Source of the DNA: Trichoplax adhaerens
Taxonomy: Eukaryota; Animalia; Placozoa
Direction of reading: 5' to 3'
Length of the DNA: 28,438 nucleotides
Assembly (NCBI RefSeq): GCF_000150275.1
Contig: NW_002060968.1
Location: forward strand, 5,066-33,503
Notes under the pieces: model-generated
What the model was told of the DNA's origin: nothing
Databases searched by the model: none
What the model saw: only the letters and a program-made list of their open reading frames with translations
Part shown: piece after piece, positions 11,711 through 24,093 of the stretch
How positions within the stretch are numbered: position 1 is the stretch's first letter
Layout of the letters: every line of letters starts with the position of its first letter
Position numbers and translations under genes: made by a program

Positions 11711-11799
11711 TAAAAACTACAGCGTTTGATTTGAATTCTGTATTTCCATCAAGTTATACAATGAATACGCCTACAACAGCCAACCAGCAAACTCATTCG
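11711..11799 (+). CDS. FUT8-like gene 2, exon 2 (stem)
   Basis: Phase-1 acceptor after a T-rich tract (alternative in-phase AG at 11721-11722); ...MNTPTTANQQTHS; donor TCG|GTAAAA. Confidence 0.7.
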
Positions 11800-11895
11800 G
11801 TAAAAGTTATTATTAGCTATAGCGATTAATCCATTTTTAATTATACTCTGTCTATATAAAACTAACATTTATCTTACTCTAATTAATATCAACAG

Positions 11896-13254
11896 CAAGA
11901 TAACTGCATGAGCCTAACTCAAAAGCTCCGTAATCGCCTCGACTATATACAGAATCCTGACGATTGCTCTACTGCTAAAAAAATTATATGCGATCATAAA
12001 GAGGCTGGTATGGGCTCGACAATCCATCATTGGGTTTATTGCTTGATTTATGGATACTATACTAATCGAACGATGCTGATAGATACAAGTAAATGGTCTT
12101 ATTTACGAAATGTTATTAGTAAAGATGGGGTTGATCGTTTTGAAGATTTATTTCAGCCGATTTCCAAGTGTAGACTTACCGCTCATGATAGTAATGCCGC
12201 TGTTGTATGGGAAAGTCCTAATCCTAATAATATCGTTAACGGTAAAAGCGATCCTGAATTGATCCCACAAGTTATAAGATTGCCAAGAGCAGGCATTCTT
12301 TTCCAAAATCTGCCCGAGGCACCACCCGTTTGTAATTATGCTATGCCTACAAAACTATTTTATGACATTTTGAATTTTAAGCATAAACCTATGGCTTGGT
12401 GGATTGGTACTATAGCGCAATATCTTATACAACCTAACGATTATCTACAAAAGTTTATCGATCAATCTCGCAGCAAATTCAAATTTCAGACCCCTATCGT
12501 CGGTCTACATATTAGACGTACCGATAAAGTATCCGAAAATGAGTTATACGACATTGATCAATATATGATTAAAGTAGACGAATTTTACAATCGTTCAGCC
12601 GAGTACAAAATAAAAAGACGAGTATTTGTAGTAACTGATGAACCTTGGCTAATTGAACAACTAATTACAAAGTATCCCAAGTACCGATTTATTCATCCTC
12701 CGATAGAACAGTTAAAAGCCGGTACATATACGACGAGATATTCTGCCGCCAATTTAAAATATTTTCTTCGAGATGTATTTCTACTAGCTGAGTGTCATCA
12801 TATAGTTGGCACTATGTCATCTAATGTCGCCAGACTTGCATACGAATTACACGAAGTTATATATAATAAAACAGAAAGTCAACATTTTACATCACTTGAT
12901 ATAAAATATCATATATTTGCATTTGCTCCGAATCGGATTGGCCCATGGATTATGCGAGCCAATCAAGATTGTTTTAGTAATACATCTAATACTATCGATC
13001 TACTTGAAGGAGATATACTTGATCCTTGTGTACCTACGGAATCAAAAGAGCTGTACTACGGTTATTCTAAACGTTTACAAATATCAGGAAATTTTCTTCG
13101 ATCTTGTGTTACTCATCTTCTAGATATTATAGACTATCCAGATTATAGTAAAGTAGATGAATCATTTTATTGGGGTGAGATCGACGTAAACAGAACATAT
13201 TCATTAAATAATATTTGTACTAAGTCATCAATAAGCGACATTTACGCCTTATAA
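11896..13254 (+). CDS. FUT8: Alpha-1,6-fucosyltransferase-like (GT23/FUT8-like) gene 2, catalytic exon 3
   Basis: [46 protein letters not shown]3-like tail, YPDY. Model join(11405..11558,11711..11799,11896..13254) = 533 aa. Confidence 0.92.
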   Translation, partial: QDNCMSLTQKLRNRLDYIQNPDDCSTAKKIICDHKEAGMGSTIHHWVYCLIYGYYTNRTMLIDTSKWSYLRNVISKDGVDRFEDLFQPISKCRLTAHDSNAAVVWESPNPNNIVNGKSDPELIPQVIRLPRAGILFQNLPEAPPVCNYAMPTKLFYDILNFKHKPMAWWIGTIAQYLIQPNDYLQKFIDQSRSKFKFQTPIVGLHIRRTDKVSENELYDIDQYMIKVDEFYNRSAEYKIKRRVFVVTDEPWLIEQLITKYPKYRFIHPPIEQLKAGTYTTRYSAANLKYFLRDVFLLAECHHIVGTMSSNVARLAYELHEVIYNKTESQHFTSLDIKYHIFAFAPNRIGPWIMRANQDCFSNTSNTIDLLEGDILDPCVPTESKELYYGYSKRLQISGNFLRSCVTHLLDIIDYPDYSKVDESFYWGEIDVNRTYSLNNICTKSSISDIYAL

Positions 13255-13779
13255 ACATAGATATATTTTAATTGTAGCGACATAAATGCTCATCTATCAG
13301 TTATAGATGATTTAGAAGAAGTTTAATTTGAAATTTTCCTTCATAGGAAATTCCAACATAGAAATAGATATAATCTATACGGATTAAATCAGGTAATGAT
13401 TTAAATGTATGAATGACTTTGATAAGGGGCTTGTTATTAGATTCTCCTATATGGTAAATTTTACTTTAGGAATAATTCAAATTTACAATTTTAACTAAAT
13501 AATGGCAATGTTATACGTTTAAAATTGGAAGATTAACGGAAGTTTGAATAAAGTTAAATCATTGTTGACTCCCGATTACGTCTATTAGAGCTTTGTGACC
13601 AGTTAGAGAACTTGGAGCAATTTCTCTCTCAGTTAGTGAAAGATACTAAAAGTGTAACAACTACACTTTACTATTAATAAGCTCAGATTGTTCTATAATT
13701 ATTTTGTATTTTACTTGCAGTACCTTATCACCATAGTGTGAGAAAGTAACCATAAGCTATCGGTAAGCCTTAAACAAAC

Positions 13780-13811
13780 TATATATCGACTAGTAAACTA
13801 GTCGATATATA
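13780..13811. repeat. Perfect inverted repeat, 15-bp arms
   Basis: TATATATCGACTAGT-AA-ACTAGTCGATATATA. Confidence 0.9.
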
Positions 13812-15280
13812 TGAGAATGGAATGTGTTCGTTATGTATAACTTTATTTCATTTGCATTTGGTTTAATTAATTTGTAAAGACCATGGAATAGACGACATTT
13901 TTTGGCGGTACACTATACGATAAAACTGCTACTGACGATATGATTTAAAAATTCTTGACAGATTTCGTGGTTGTTATCAACCGTCGAAAAAAAAAGGAAT
14001 GTTTTAATGCAATTTTATTTTAATTTGTATGTTAGCAATCGCCGCAAATCGATGCCGTAGTTCCTGTGTTTGTCTTCTGTTAGAAATACCTGTTAGCTAT
14101 TAAATAAAACTTTATTCCAATTCATATTGAATGATATCAATTTTATTAATTCTTTCTAGCATTTCAATCAACTAAATACGCACCAATACTATTTTGTAAG
14201 CTTACACTGTATGGTACTGTAAAATACTGTACAAGACATATCCACGGGATTGCCAGAATACGGATTGTAGCTCTGAATGCTGTGCTACAGGCTATAATGT
14301 AGGATTGCATTTATATTTACATTTAGGATTGTTGTTGTATGTGCCTGCGACCGCTGCAAATGTCGTACTAACAGAGAAAACCACAGAACACTTTACGTCG
14401 TTATTATTATTGCATATCCAAGTTGCTGGCGTATCATTATATATGCAATAACCGTATAATCAATGAAGTGTAAGAATTTACTGCCTGCCTTTCAAGATCA
14501 TATGAAAGCAATACTATATTAAAATTGAATTTATTTAAAGTTATACAGATCACAATCGAGCAATTACACAACTGAAAATCCTGCTACTTACTATTTCGAT
14601 AATGAGAAAATAAGCGTATTTGATTTGGTATAACGACTACATGTACAGTAAAAATTTTAAACTAGCTTATACTTAATGTCAAATAGCGATCGCTGTTAAT
14701 TCTTAAATACGGTCTACATAGTTGTGATATATACCGATCACGAAATTCCAAAATTTAGAAAAATAATGGCTTTATTGAATCTAATACAAATATTAACTAC
14801 ACACAGCTCTACTCTAGCCGAATACTACTACTAAAGACTTCTACAACGAACTAACAGAATAATCTAAAGTTGCATGCTTTTATACTTTTCGTAGCATTCG
14901 CAGCTACAATCCGCATGGCAACCTTTTACCTTATTTTACACATAGTTAATTATTCTTAGTAACACTATTCTACTGCGGACCATCATTTATAAGGATACGA
15001 CTACAGTATTTACGTAGACATTATTCACACCAGCCAAAGTACAATGAATTAACCATATCCTAATATATGATTTACAGTTTTATTTTTACCCATAACCTTA
15101 TTAGTAACTCAACACCTTACTGTATATAGCAATCTGTACTCTAGCATAGATTGTATACCACTGCAGCCTATAGTTATGGCTACCAATTATCTCTTAGGAT
15201 AAATATCTACCGTACATTATACTAAACGTGGCTAACAGTCTACAATCACAATACTAAGTTACATTACAATAGGTCAGCAT

Positions 15281-15338
15281 GGTCAATCCAAATCGAATAA
15301 AATTAATATAGGTCAATCCAAATCGAATAAAATTAATA
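15281..15338. repeat. Tandem duplication, 30-bp period
   Basis: GGTCAATCCAAATCGAATAAAATTAATA at 15281 and 15311. Confidence 0.9.
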
Positions 15339-15544
15339 ATTTTATTTGATATATAAATTGATTTCCTTATCCTAACATTTGTTGTTTCTCATACCGCCCT
15401 AAAATAAATTTCTAACATATAATAGCCTGTTGTGATGGAATTCTTCAGACACTTTAATACACTCAATAACTGTGTCACAAGCTGATTTAGAATGTAACAC
15501 GAGATCGTACTCTAGAGCACTAGCTAACGTATTGACTAGTCTAA

Positions 15545-15937
15545 TGTAATACTGAATGCCGTAGTTTAACCTTAACGACAACCGAAGTAGTACACTTTAG
15601 CTGGCTTGAGTAATAATAAAGCTTTATTAATACAGTAAAACCTTGACAACCAAGACTAACATAGATTTGAGTCAGCGACACTAGATCAGATCGGAAGAAC
15701 AGTCACTACTAACTGACTACTCAAAACCCCTGAGCATATAGCAGCGGCTCTTTTTATACTCTTGCACCAGTATCCTGGTGCATACTAGATAAGCTTTAGC
15801 ATAGAATCAATATACTTTAGTATGAATGACTATAAGGTCTCAGTATGAAATAGGGCTTAAACAACCTTTATAAATTTTAAATTAGTTGTGAATCAATTGA
15901 GAACCAATTAGCACTTAGTACTCATCACGATATTACG
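15545..15937 (-). mobile_element. Possible degenerate solo LTR (~393 bp)
   Basis: TGTAATA...TATTACG termini (6/7 inverted); minus-strand TATAAAAA (15751-15758), then TCAGTT, then AATAAA (15623-15628). No convincing TSD. Confidence 0.4.
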
Positions 15938-16051
15938 TCTTGCCTTTTTGTATCTTTGATAATTATAATCAATATTATTAAGTATAGGAACGAATAATAA
16001 GAAGAAAACAATCTAAATACAATATGCAAATTTAGTCAAAGGATCAAATAA

Positions 16052-16540
16052 TGTTACTAAAGTCTAGCCTACAATTTTTAAGATCTCGCACTTTTCCTGG
16101 CTTGTAAAGTCATACCGCACCATGAAGATGATCAGTAAGCGAAGTAACGATCAGTTAGTATTCTAGAAGTAGACCTACAATCATTTACTATTATATAGCC
16201 TGTTTACGGTATATGGTATATCTAATTATACAATCCTTTTCTGTGCATGTATTCTTTCTCTAAAACTATAAATATTGATGATTCCTGCCTCGGATTTGTT
16301 CAGTTGCACTTGTTAGTGTTAGTATCTACTCACGTTACTTCACGGCAGCTTACACGCTGATCTATCAGTAACTACCATGCTGTACCTACTTATTCTCTAC
16401 AATAAATATCTCATTTCTAATAACCCTTCGTATTATTATTGTAAAATGCCTAAGGAGTCTATGTCCGCAGATTCTTCGGCCTCTCCATCACAATTACTAT
16501 TTGCTTACCATTTGCTTATTCTGGCATCATCACGATAACA
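16052..16540 (+). mobile_element. Solo LTR (489 bp)
   Basis: Termini TGTTA...TAACA; 4-bp TSD ATAA on both sides (AT-rich, so weak alone); TATAAATA 16267, TCAGTT 16300, AATAAA 16401 in the expected order. Confidence 0.6.
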
Positions 16541-18028
16541 ATAAATAGAGTAAACCTAGACTAATACGTATGAGACACATTAATACCAAAAGCTATACAA
16601 TTTATTTTCTATATCTAAACGAAACTTTAAAATACGTAATCTATCTTATTTATATTAATTTATTCGTATAGGCCTTCCGCCTACTTCATAGAATAGATCA
16701 TTCGATAATTGATGAATATAGAGGCTTAATATAATATATAATAGAAGAAGATTTCCCTAAAATGTAGACCGCTCCCATATCTATTGCTGTGATTATAACG
16801 TTAAAAGTAACTCGCCTCTTTTACAGCGATGAATCAATGCCTTTGTATGATTTGCAATAGGTCATAAAGCGCCATGCTGATACTCCGAATTAGTTGTATC
16901 CAATCTGAAATTTCGTCATTTAGGTGCTGGCTCTTACTACTTTACAAGCTATTTGTCATCAATGTACCGACTTAATAAAATGTATTCATTCTATCTTACA
17001 GCTCTTGCAATTAATCATCATGCTTTCATCAATGCTATCCTATCCAGGAATATTTTTGACCCAGCTCTCCCGCTGCGTATTTTATGAAAAGCTAAATAGA
17101 GAGATGATGAGACAGAATCGATTTTGTATTCATGAGATTGAATAAACCTAGCATTATGAAAGCTTCCATTCAATAATGCCACGCTAGACGATTTAAAATG
17201 CCTTATCGAATAAAAAGATCACAAATTTTGGCTTAACTCGGCGATTACATTAATCCATAACTCTTGTTCAATTTCTAGTAATATAATATAGTGTAGATTT
17301 CAGCTGAGGCAAGCTAAAGATAGAGTAGATATTACTTAACGTAATATTTTGTTCTAATTTGGAGTGTTTAATACAGTTTGAAATGCTCCAATCTTAAACT
17401 GCTAACTTGTACGAATTTCACTTAATTGTACGAATGTAACATAATTTATATCTCCAGTCATTTCTCGTAACGTAGAGTATCTTGTCTTCGGTAAAGCTTC
17501 ATAAATTAAAGATTAGATATTCTATTGAAGAAAGATTACCCGACACAGTAACTTCATAGAATAAAATTGCAAATCCTTATGACACCATTGGTACTTCTAC
17601 AAACATTGGAATAGTAAATTTACCTCATTTTATTGCAAAGGAAACTGTAACCCTTCGATATCGACCTTACAAAGTTATCAACTTGGCTTATTTTTCCATC
17701 GACGATAATAACAAATAATATCCATCAACAGCGAGGTAACTATCTAATTGGATCGTATCCAAGCTTAAAGTCCACAACAAGTAGCATCATATAAATGATT
17801 TCCTTTGATCTACACGTATTGGATCGCATCGAAGCTAATATCCATTTATAAGATTGTTCTGTACTGATACACTTTTTGTATCATTTACTGCAAAATCTAA
17901 CTATAAAGATTTTGCGATACTCTTTAACTTCTCTCTCTTCTTCGGTTTCAACAAGTGGTGCGCTATCATCGTAACATCTCATTAGGTCGTCTCTCAACTT
18001 AAAATCCATTCCAAGTTCCTCATCGATC

Positions 18029-18176
18029 ATGTTGTTAAAAAGTTTAATTACTTATGTGGCCATCTTAATTGTGGTGATGTCCTTGTTGCTTCTCTACCGT
18101 TATCAATTGATTCGCTATAATTATGTCTCTATCAAAATTCCAGACCCTGAATTTAAGAAATACAAAGCAAATTCTG
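18029..18176 (+). CDS. FUT8-like gene 3, exon 1 (tail + TM)
   Basis: MLLKSLITYVAILIVVMSLLLLYRYQLIRYNYVSIKIPDPEFKKYKANS; phase-1 donor TCTG|GTACGT. Confidence 0.85.
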
Positions 18177-18749
18177 GTACGTTACATTGACATAATTTAG
18201 AATAGTCCATGTTAATGCATGTAATTGTTCCAATTTATTAATGTAGATATAGGATCAGAATTTAAAAACATAAGTCAATCATGGCTAATAGTACGACACT
18301 TTAAAAAGGAAATACAAGTGTTAATTCCTTTATTATCTGTACTCGCTAGTGAATATGTTATTCTATTACGCAATTTATCCTCATCCTAATATCGTTTAAC
18401 TATTTACATCATACAATATAAAGATCACTACTCATTACTGAACCGATAAAGTACTGAGTTACAGTTTTAATTTAAGAGTAAAAATTTACTCATTGATCAA
18501 TAGGCAATCTTAATAATAGGCTAAAGCACATCCTAATCATTTGCAGTATTCCGTATGAAATTATACCATTTGTAATTTTTTAAAACAGTTTCAGTCTTAT
18601 ATATCTCATGCATTAGATTTGTTATGTTATCTGAGTTGGCAATCTGGACTATATAAGCTACAATCTAAAGTATAAAAATTTCTGTGTCATTATATAATGT
18701 AATAGCTTCTAGTAAATCTATAACTATAATTACCTTCATTTCTTACTAG

Positions 18750-18784
18750 TACCCACTACAACGGCCAGCCCGCAGACAGTTTCG
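18750..18784 (+). CDS. FUT8-like gene 3, exon 2 (35-nt stem micro-exon)
   Basis: Acceptor CCTTCATTTCTTACTAG|; (V)PTTTASPQTVS; donor TCG|GTAAAA; resembles the 3' end of gene 2 exon 2. Confidence 0.7.
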
Positions 18785-18883
18785 GTAAAATTTTACGAAC
18801 TAAAACGATTAATACTTTTGCGATTGTACTATATTAACGTTTTGCTACTGTTTTTTTTGTCTAATTCTAATTAATATTCACAG

Positions 18884-20239
18884 AAACAAAGCTGCATTGA
18901 ATTTACAGAAATGTTTCGTTATCGTCTCAATGCCATACAAAATCCTAAAAATTGCTCTACTGCTAAAAAAATAATATGTGGCCATCATCGGGCGGGTATG
19001 GGCTCGACAATCCATCATTGGGCTTATTGCTTAATTTACGCATACTATACCAATCGAACTATGCTTATAGATACAAGTAAATGGTCTTATTTACGAAATG
19101 TAATTTCCAAAGACGGTGTTGATCATTTTGAAGACTTTTTCCAACCAATTTCCAAATGCAAGCTTACTGCTCATGATGCTAAAGCGGCTGTTGTATGGAA
19201 AAGTCGTCTTCCTAAAGATTTTGCCAACGGTAGTAATTCTAATAAGATTCCTCAGATTATACGATTGAAGAATGTGGGATCCGTACTTGAAGATTACCAC
19301 ATAGGGCCGGCCATTTGCAATTATGCTATGCCTGAAAAACTATTTTATGATGTTATGAAATTTAAAAATAAACCTATGGCTTGGTGGATTGGAGTTATAG
19401 CGCTATATATTATACAACCTAATCATTATTTACAAAAATTTATTGATCAATCTCGTAATGAATTGAAATTTCAGAGTCCTATCGTTGGTATACACCTTAG
19501 ACATACGGATAAAGCATTCGAAAGTAAATTATTCAATATTAATCAATATATGATTCAAGTCAATGCATTTTATAATCGCTTAGCAAAACATAAAATCAAT
19601 ATTAAAAGACGCGTATTTGTAGTTACCGATACACCAAAGTTTATTCCTCAATTAGTCACAAAGTATCCTAATTATCAATTTACTCATCCCCCGATTAAAC
19701 AATTAAAAGCTGGTACATTCACTTCGAGATATTCCGCAACTAATCTAAAATACTTTCTTCGAGATTTATTCTTACTGGCCGAGTGTGATTATTTAATTTG
19801 CACTATGTCATCTAATGTCTGTAGACTTGCATACGAATTACATGAAGTTTTCTACGATCAAACTAAAACTCAACATTCTAAATCACTTGATGTAAAATAC
19901 CATGTATTTGGACTTGCTCGAAATCAGGTCGGCCCGTGGATTATGCGAGCTAATCAAGATTGTCCTAGTAACGCATCTAATGTTATTGATCTAGGTAAAG
20001 GAGATATACTTGATCCTTGTACACCTACAGAATCAAAAACGATGTACTATGGTTATTCTAAGCGCTTGAAAATATCAGGAAGTTTCGCTAAATCTTGTGT
20101 AACTCATCTTCTAGATATTGTAAACTATCCAGATTATAGTGAAATAGATAAATTTTTTTATCGGAGTAAGTTGGATGTAAACAGCACATATGCTGTCAAT
20201 ACTACTTGCATTAAAACGTCGATAAATGATATACGGTAA
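18884..20239 (+). CDS. FUT8: Alpha-1,6-fucosyltransferase-like (GT23/FUT8-like) gene 3, catalytic exon 3
   Basis: [46 protein letters not shown]3-like tail, YPDY. Model join(18029..18176,18750..18784,18884..20239) = 512 aa. Confidence 0.92.
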   Translation, partial: KQSCIEFTEMFRYRLNAIQNPKNCSTAKKIICGHHRAGMGSTIHHWAYCLIYAYYTNRTMLIDTSKWSYLRNVISKDGVDHFEDFFQPISKCKLTAHDAKAAVVWKSRLPKDFANGSNSNKIPQIIRLKNVGSVLEDYHIGPAICNYAMPEKLFYDVMKFKNKPMAWWIGVIALYIIQPNHYLQKFIDQSRNELKFQSPIVGIHLRHTDKAFESKLFNINQYMIQVNAFYNRLAKHKINIKRRVFVVTDTPKFIPQLVTKYPNYQFTHPPIKQLKAGTFTSRYSATNLKYFLRDLFLLAECDYLICTMSSNVCRLAYELHEVFYDQTKTQHSKSLDVKYHVFGLARNQVGPWIMRANQDCPSNASNVIDLGKGDILDPCTPTESKTMYYGYSKRLKISGSFAKSCVTHLLDIVNYPDYSEIDKFFYRSKLDVNSTYAVNTTCIKTSINDIR

Positions 20240-21900
20240 TTATAAATCCGTAGTATAGATAGACTTCAATTACAAGCATTTGCAATGAAGGTTAATTTTT
20301 AGAGTTTTCCTTCAAGTTCTTTTATTGTAATTGTTCTAGTTTAGTTTTTGTATCGTGATAAGTATTCTTACTTTAAAAATATGACTTACTTGGTTGATTA
20401 TAATAGTAGATTTTACTTGGTATCTTAGTATATTGTAAACCTGACTGCTTCATTTGGGTTAGAAGCTAAGATAATCCGTTACATAATTTTTTCAAGAATC
20501 AGATATTATGATTTTATAATTCAAAAGATATATTTAGTTGATAGAATATATGTGTTACTAATTTTGATCATTAATTACAGTAGAAGTTAATGTTACTTTG
20601 TAATTTCGTGCAGTATGAACCCAAACACTTGATCTGGGATTGATATTTTGTCTTAGTGTATACTGTAGAAATGTACAGTTGCAAGCTAAACTATACTTAG
20701 TACTAATTTAGTAGTTTTCGGGAGTCTAGGGTATAATTTATCTTATCATGTGTGTTTGGTTGCTAGTTTAATTTGGATTACTTTAGAATAATAGTTAGAT
20801 AGTCTAATACCGCCAACTGCTCTGCTTAGCATATAATAGGTGGCGTAGTTCGGTAATTTAGCGCAGTTAAAGTTAGAGAAGGCAAGAAAAGTCTAGAATA
20901 ATCCTGAGTTATCTCATTAATCGATAGTTTGGTTGGTTGGGGCAGCGGTTCTGCCCGTATTTTTTATTCATTTAAGAATTTTTGCCAAGATTATTGTTAA
21001 AGTTATAATAAACTGGTGTTTTCTCCCTAATTTATTTTATTTGGACTTCTATGTTTGGTATTTCAATTTAATATTAGTAAAATTTTATATTTTTGTCAAC
21101 CAATACTACTCATAGTAATTGATATTTTTATTAATTATGGATGATTGCAATCGAAGTCTATTTCAGAATTCTCCTTCATATATTATCGTAGAAATATGGA
21201 TCATTTAGAATAAGTAAATCGAATAAGGATAGAGAATATGTATAACTGTGATGATTGGTCACTATCACGAAACAGCTTTGCGACAAGATAACGTAATGTA
21301 CGATCATAAGTCAATTCCTTGAACCACGTATCAAGGAACGATATCTGCGCTATTAGGAACACTTTTGCTATACCAGCAGACTACACAAAGACTTAGACGC
21401 CTCGCATTTTACGTTAAACACTAAGTTTAAGAATTAACTTTATTACATGATATACCACATTTATATACTCTTACTCAATAGTTCATGATTCATAGTTAGT
21501 ACGATTAACTTTGGAATCATTCACTGAATAAGACCTTAACTTTAGCTACTGCTCCCTAATGCCGATAACAGTATTTACGAACATAGACATTCTGGTGACT
21601 AATAAAGAATAAACAGATTACGATATGTCCTATCATGGGACATTTCCACGATAATTTACAATCTACCATAAGTAAGTTATAATCATAATGATTCGAATTG
21701 TAAGTAGATAATTTACGTTCCCTAATATAACTATTAATTTCAATATATGTATATAACATATATATATATATATACTGCATGTCACTGTCATAAAAAGCCA
21801 GTGCTATATTAAAACACAGTATATACAAATTAGAAGTTAACTAAATAAGGATAGGCTAACAAAATTATCCTTACATAAATATTTCTACTCTAATACAGCA

Positions 21901-22032
21901 TTATTACATTTAATTTAAATATTATTTCTACGATAAAATGAACTTTAAAGAATTACTCTGTACAGTCACATACAGAATTATTCTTTATAGTTCTTTTTAT
22001 CGTAGAAATAATACTTAATTTAAATGTCATAA
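21901..22032. repeat. 132-bp fold-back (MITE-like) inverted repeat
   Basis: 62-bp arms (21901-21962, 21971-22032), 7 mismatches by my count, 8-nt loop CAGTCACA. Confidence 0.85.
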
Positions 22033-22230
22033 GTTAATCAATATTAGGTTAGAGATGATCGTTCTAAGATTTATGTTTAAGCATATATATCTATATTTGC
22101 ATATTGCCGTCGATATCTATTGAATTGCCATTAAGAATAGTGTTTAACTCGTTTTTTTTATTTCGGTAATAATTTTAGCAGTCCACAGTACATCAGATAA
22201 ATACGAGAGTAATAACTGTTTTATAGTAAA

Positions 22231-23217
22231 CTAGTCCAAACTCTCATCGCTTTGCTGACGGTTTACGAAAATGTACCCATTTGTTAATAATTAACAGATA
22301 GTATTACCATTCGACATTATATATATCCTGGTAATAGCCGGGTACTACTATATTTAAAACAGATTGATTTAATGTACGTACTGATCGTGCATTTCCACGT
22401 TGTTCACTTCGCTTTCGCCTATCAGATCGCTGACTAACTAACATTATCCTCTTAGAAACACTACTTGTTATATGATATATAGCAATCAAAAATAACCGGG
22501 ACAGGGGAACTACAGTAGAGTAACACTACGAAATGCTTGAGAGCAATAGAACTAATAGTACCTACTAATGTGTATCAATCACTTACACCTTCTCTATAAT
22601 ATTTACGTAAACCCTAGAGATCGTTCTTTTCTATACCAATTCAAATTCCCTTAAGTAAATGTATTAGTATGTTTACCGAATAAAGATGGTTACTATATGC
22701 AGTATTAATGCTATGTTAAGGTTGGTAAGCGAAACTGTCAAATATACGTTTATGCTCAATTTATTAATAAAACTAACAGATAGCATTATCGTTCGATATT
22801 ATATATATTCCGGTAATAGTAATGTACTATGCTATATTAGTTAATGGTCCAAAGCACGTTACGATAACTAATGTATGGTGATGGACAAATCAAGTTAAGA
22901 TTAGCAGGTACTGTAAGATATCGACAGTGCGGTACAATGTCCTTAGTACTGTGGTCAATTTTATACCAATCATGATAATGTGTCCAAGGATCGCTTGCGT
23001 ATGCAAGCAAAGCTTGCTCTGTCGATAACAACCGTTATAAGAAAATGTTACAATCAAAATGGCTGAGTAGAAAACTCTATAAAGATTCTATGTTTATTCA
23101 ATTTTCATCAGAGTATTACATGAAATCAAAATTGAAAGGCCCAGTGGCCACCCTTAGCGATATAACGAATACTATTTCAAAAATGAGTACTCTTTAGAAA
23201 TTAGAAATTACTACCTT
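22231..23217 (-). mobile_element. Non-autonomous Helitron-like element, copy 2
   Basis: A|CTAG end with a slightly mutated hairpin; colinear with 3330-4452. Confidence 0.75.
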
Positions 23218-23489
23218 TGGAGCTATTCGTTTTACATGAAGAAATCTTGAGGTCAAAAGTACTGTAAGAATCTTATGCAGACCTATTGAAATCAACCCAT
23301 AATCAAAGTCATCTAACAGTAGTATAAATACCCCCGTGCTGCTTGATAATAAATGANAAAATAATTAAACTCATTTACTATTGAGGAGTTTATCTCGTTA
23401 TTCGTGAATATAAATGACTCTTGAGTACTATTGAACTCATTTACTAATGTGGAATTTATCATGTCATTTCACGATGCTATTGATACCAT

Positions 23490-23859
23490 AAATAGTATNC
23501 ACGCTGGACATGATGAATACATGTTCTGTCTATCACGGCAGGTAGCTATTTTAATGATGACTCTTGTCAAGTTTAAGAATGAATAAGACGGGGAAATAAA
23601 AATCCAAATATATTAAGTAAAGCTGAAGAATAAACGATGCTACTCAAATCTAGCATATAGCTATTAAAATCCCTTAAATAGTATCTATGCTGGACAAGAT
23701 GACTACATACTGTGTCTATCATGGCAGGTAGCTATTTTAATAAAGATTCTTGTCAAGTTTAAGAATGAAGAAGAAGGGGAAATAAAAATCCGAATATATT
23801 AAGTAAAGCTGAAGAGTAAACGATGCTACTCAAATCTAGCATATGACTATTAAAATCCC
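23490..23859. repeat. Tandem duplication, 186-bp period, just upstream of gene 4 exon 1
   Basis: GCTGGAC...GGCAGGTAGCTATTTTAAT...CTATTAAAATCCC starting at 23503 and 23689. Confidence 0.9.
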
Positions 23860-23930
23860 TGTAGCGTTTTGAATAACTTCATTTCCAACTAATTAATTCG
23901 TCCAGACTATCATCGAGTTAATAGTCCACC

Positions 23931-24093
23931 ATGTTTGGCATGCAGAAAAAACGGTACTGGTATATCTGCTTGCTTGTTTTAGCCATAGGGACGCACTAGC
24001 TCATTTTCTATCGTGGCCACATCTTTTCTTCCTACTTTCAACCTCGGCAAGTTGGCACAGTGAAGACATACACCATCAAACCTGTCGATGGCG
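23931..24093 (+). pseudogene. FUT8-like gene 4, exon 1 (tail + TM) with in-frame TAG
   Basis: CCACCATG; MFGMQKKRYWYICLLVLAIGTH*LIFYRGHIFSSYFQPRQVGTVKTYTIKPVDG; TAG at 23997-23999; phase-1 donor G|GTAAGC; size (163 nt) and phase match the other first exons. Confidence 0.7.

Noticed and set aside
14218-15013. Imperfect ~35-bp inverted repeat (about 14250-14283 versus 14892-14923) as a MITE
   Set aside because: Too degenerate; no definable ends or TSD.
20933-21115. Hydrophobic ORF as gene 4 exon 1
   Set aside because: No ATG start or basic tail; 23931-24093 fits much better.
23686-23730. AGQDDY peptide resembling a small-GTPase G3 motif
   Set aside because: No preceding DT or other G-box, and not conserved in the tandem copy.
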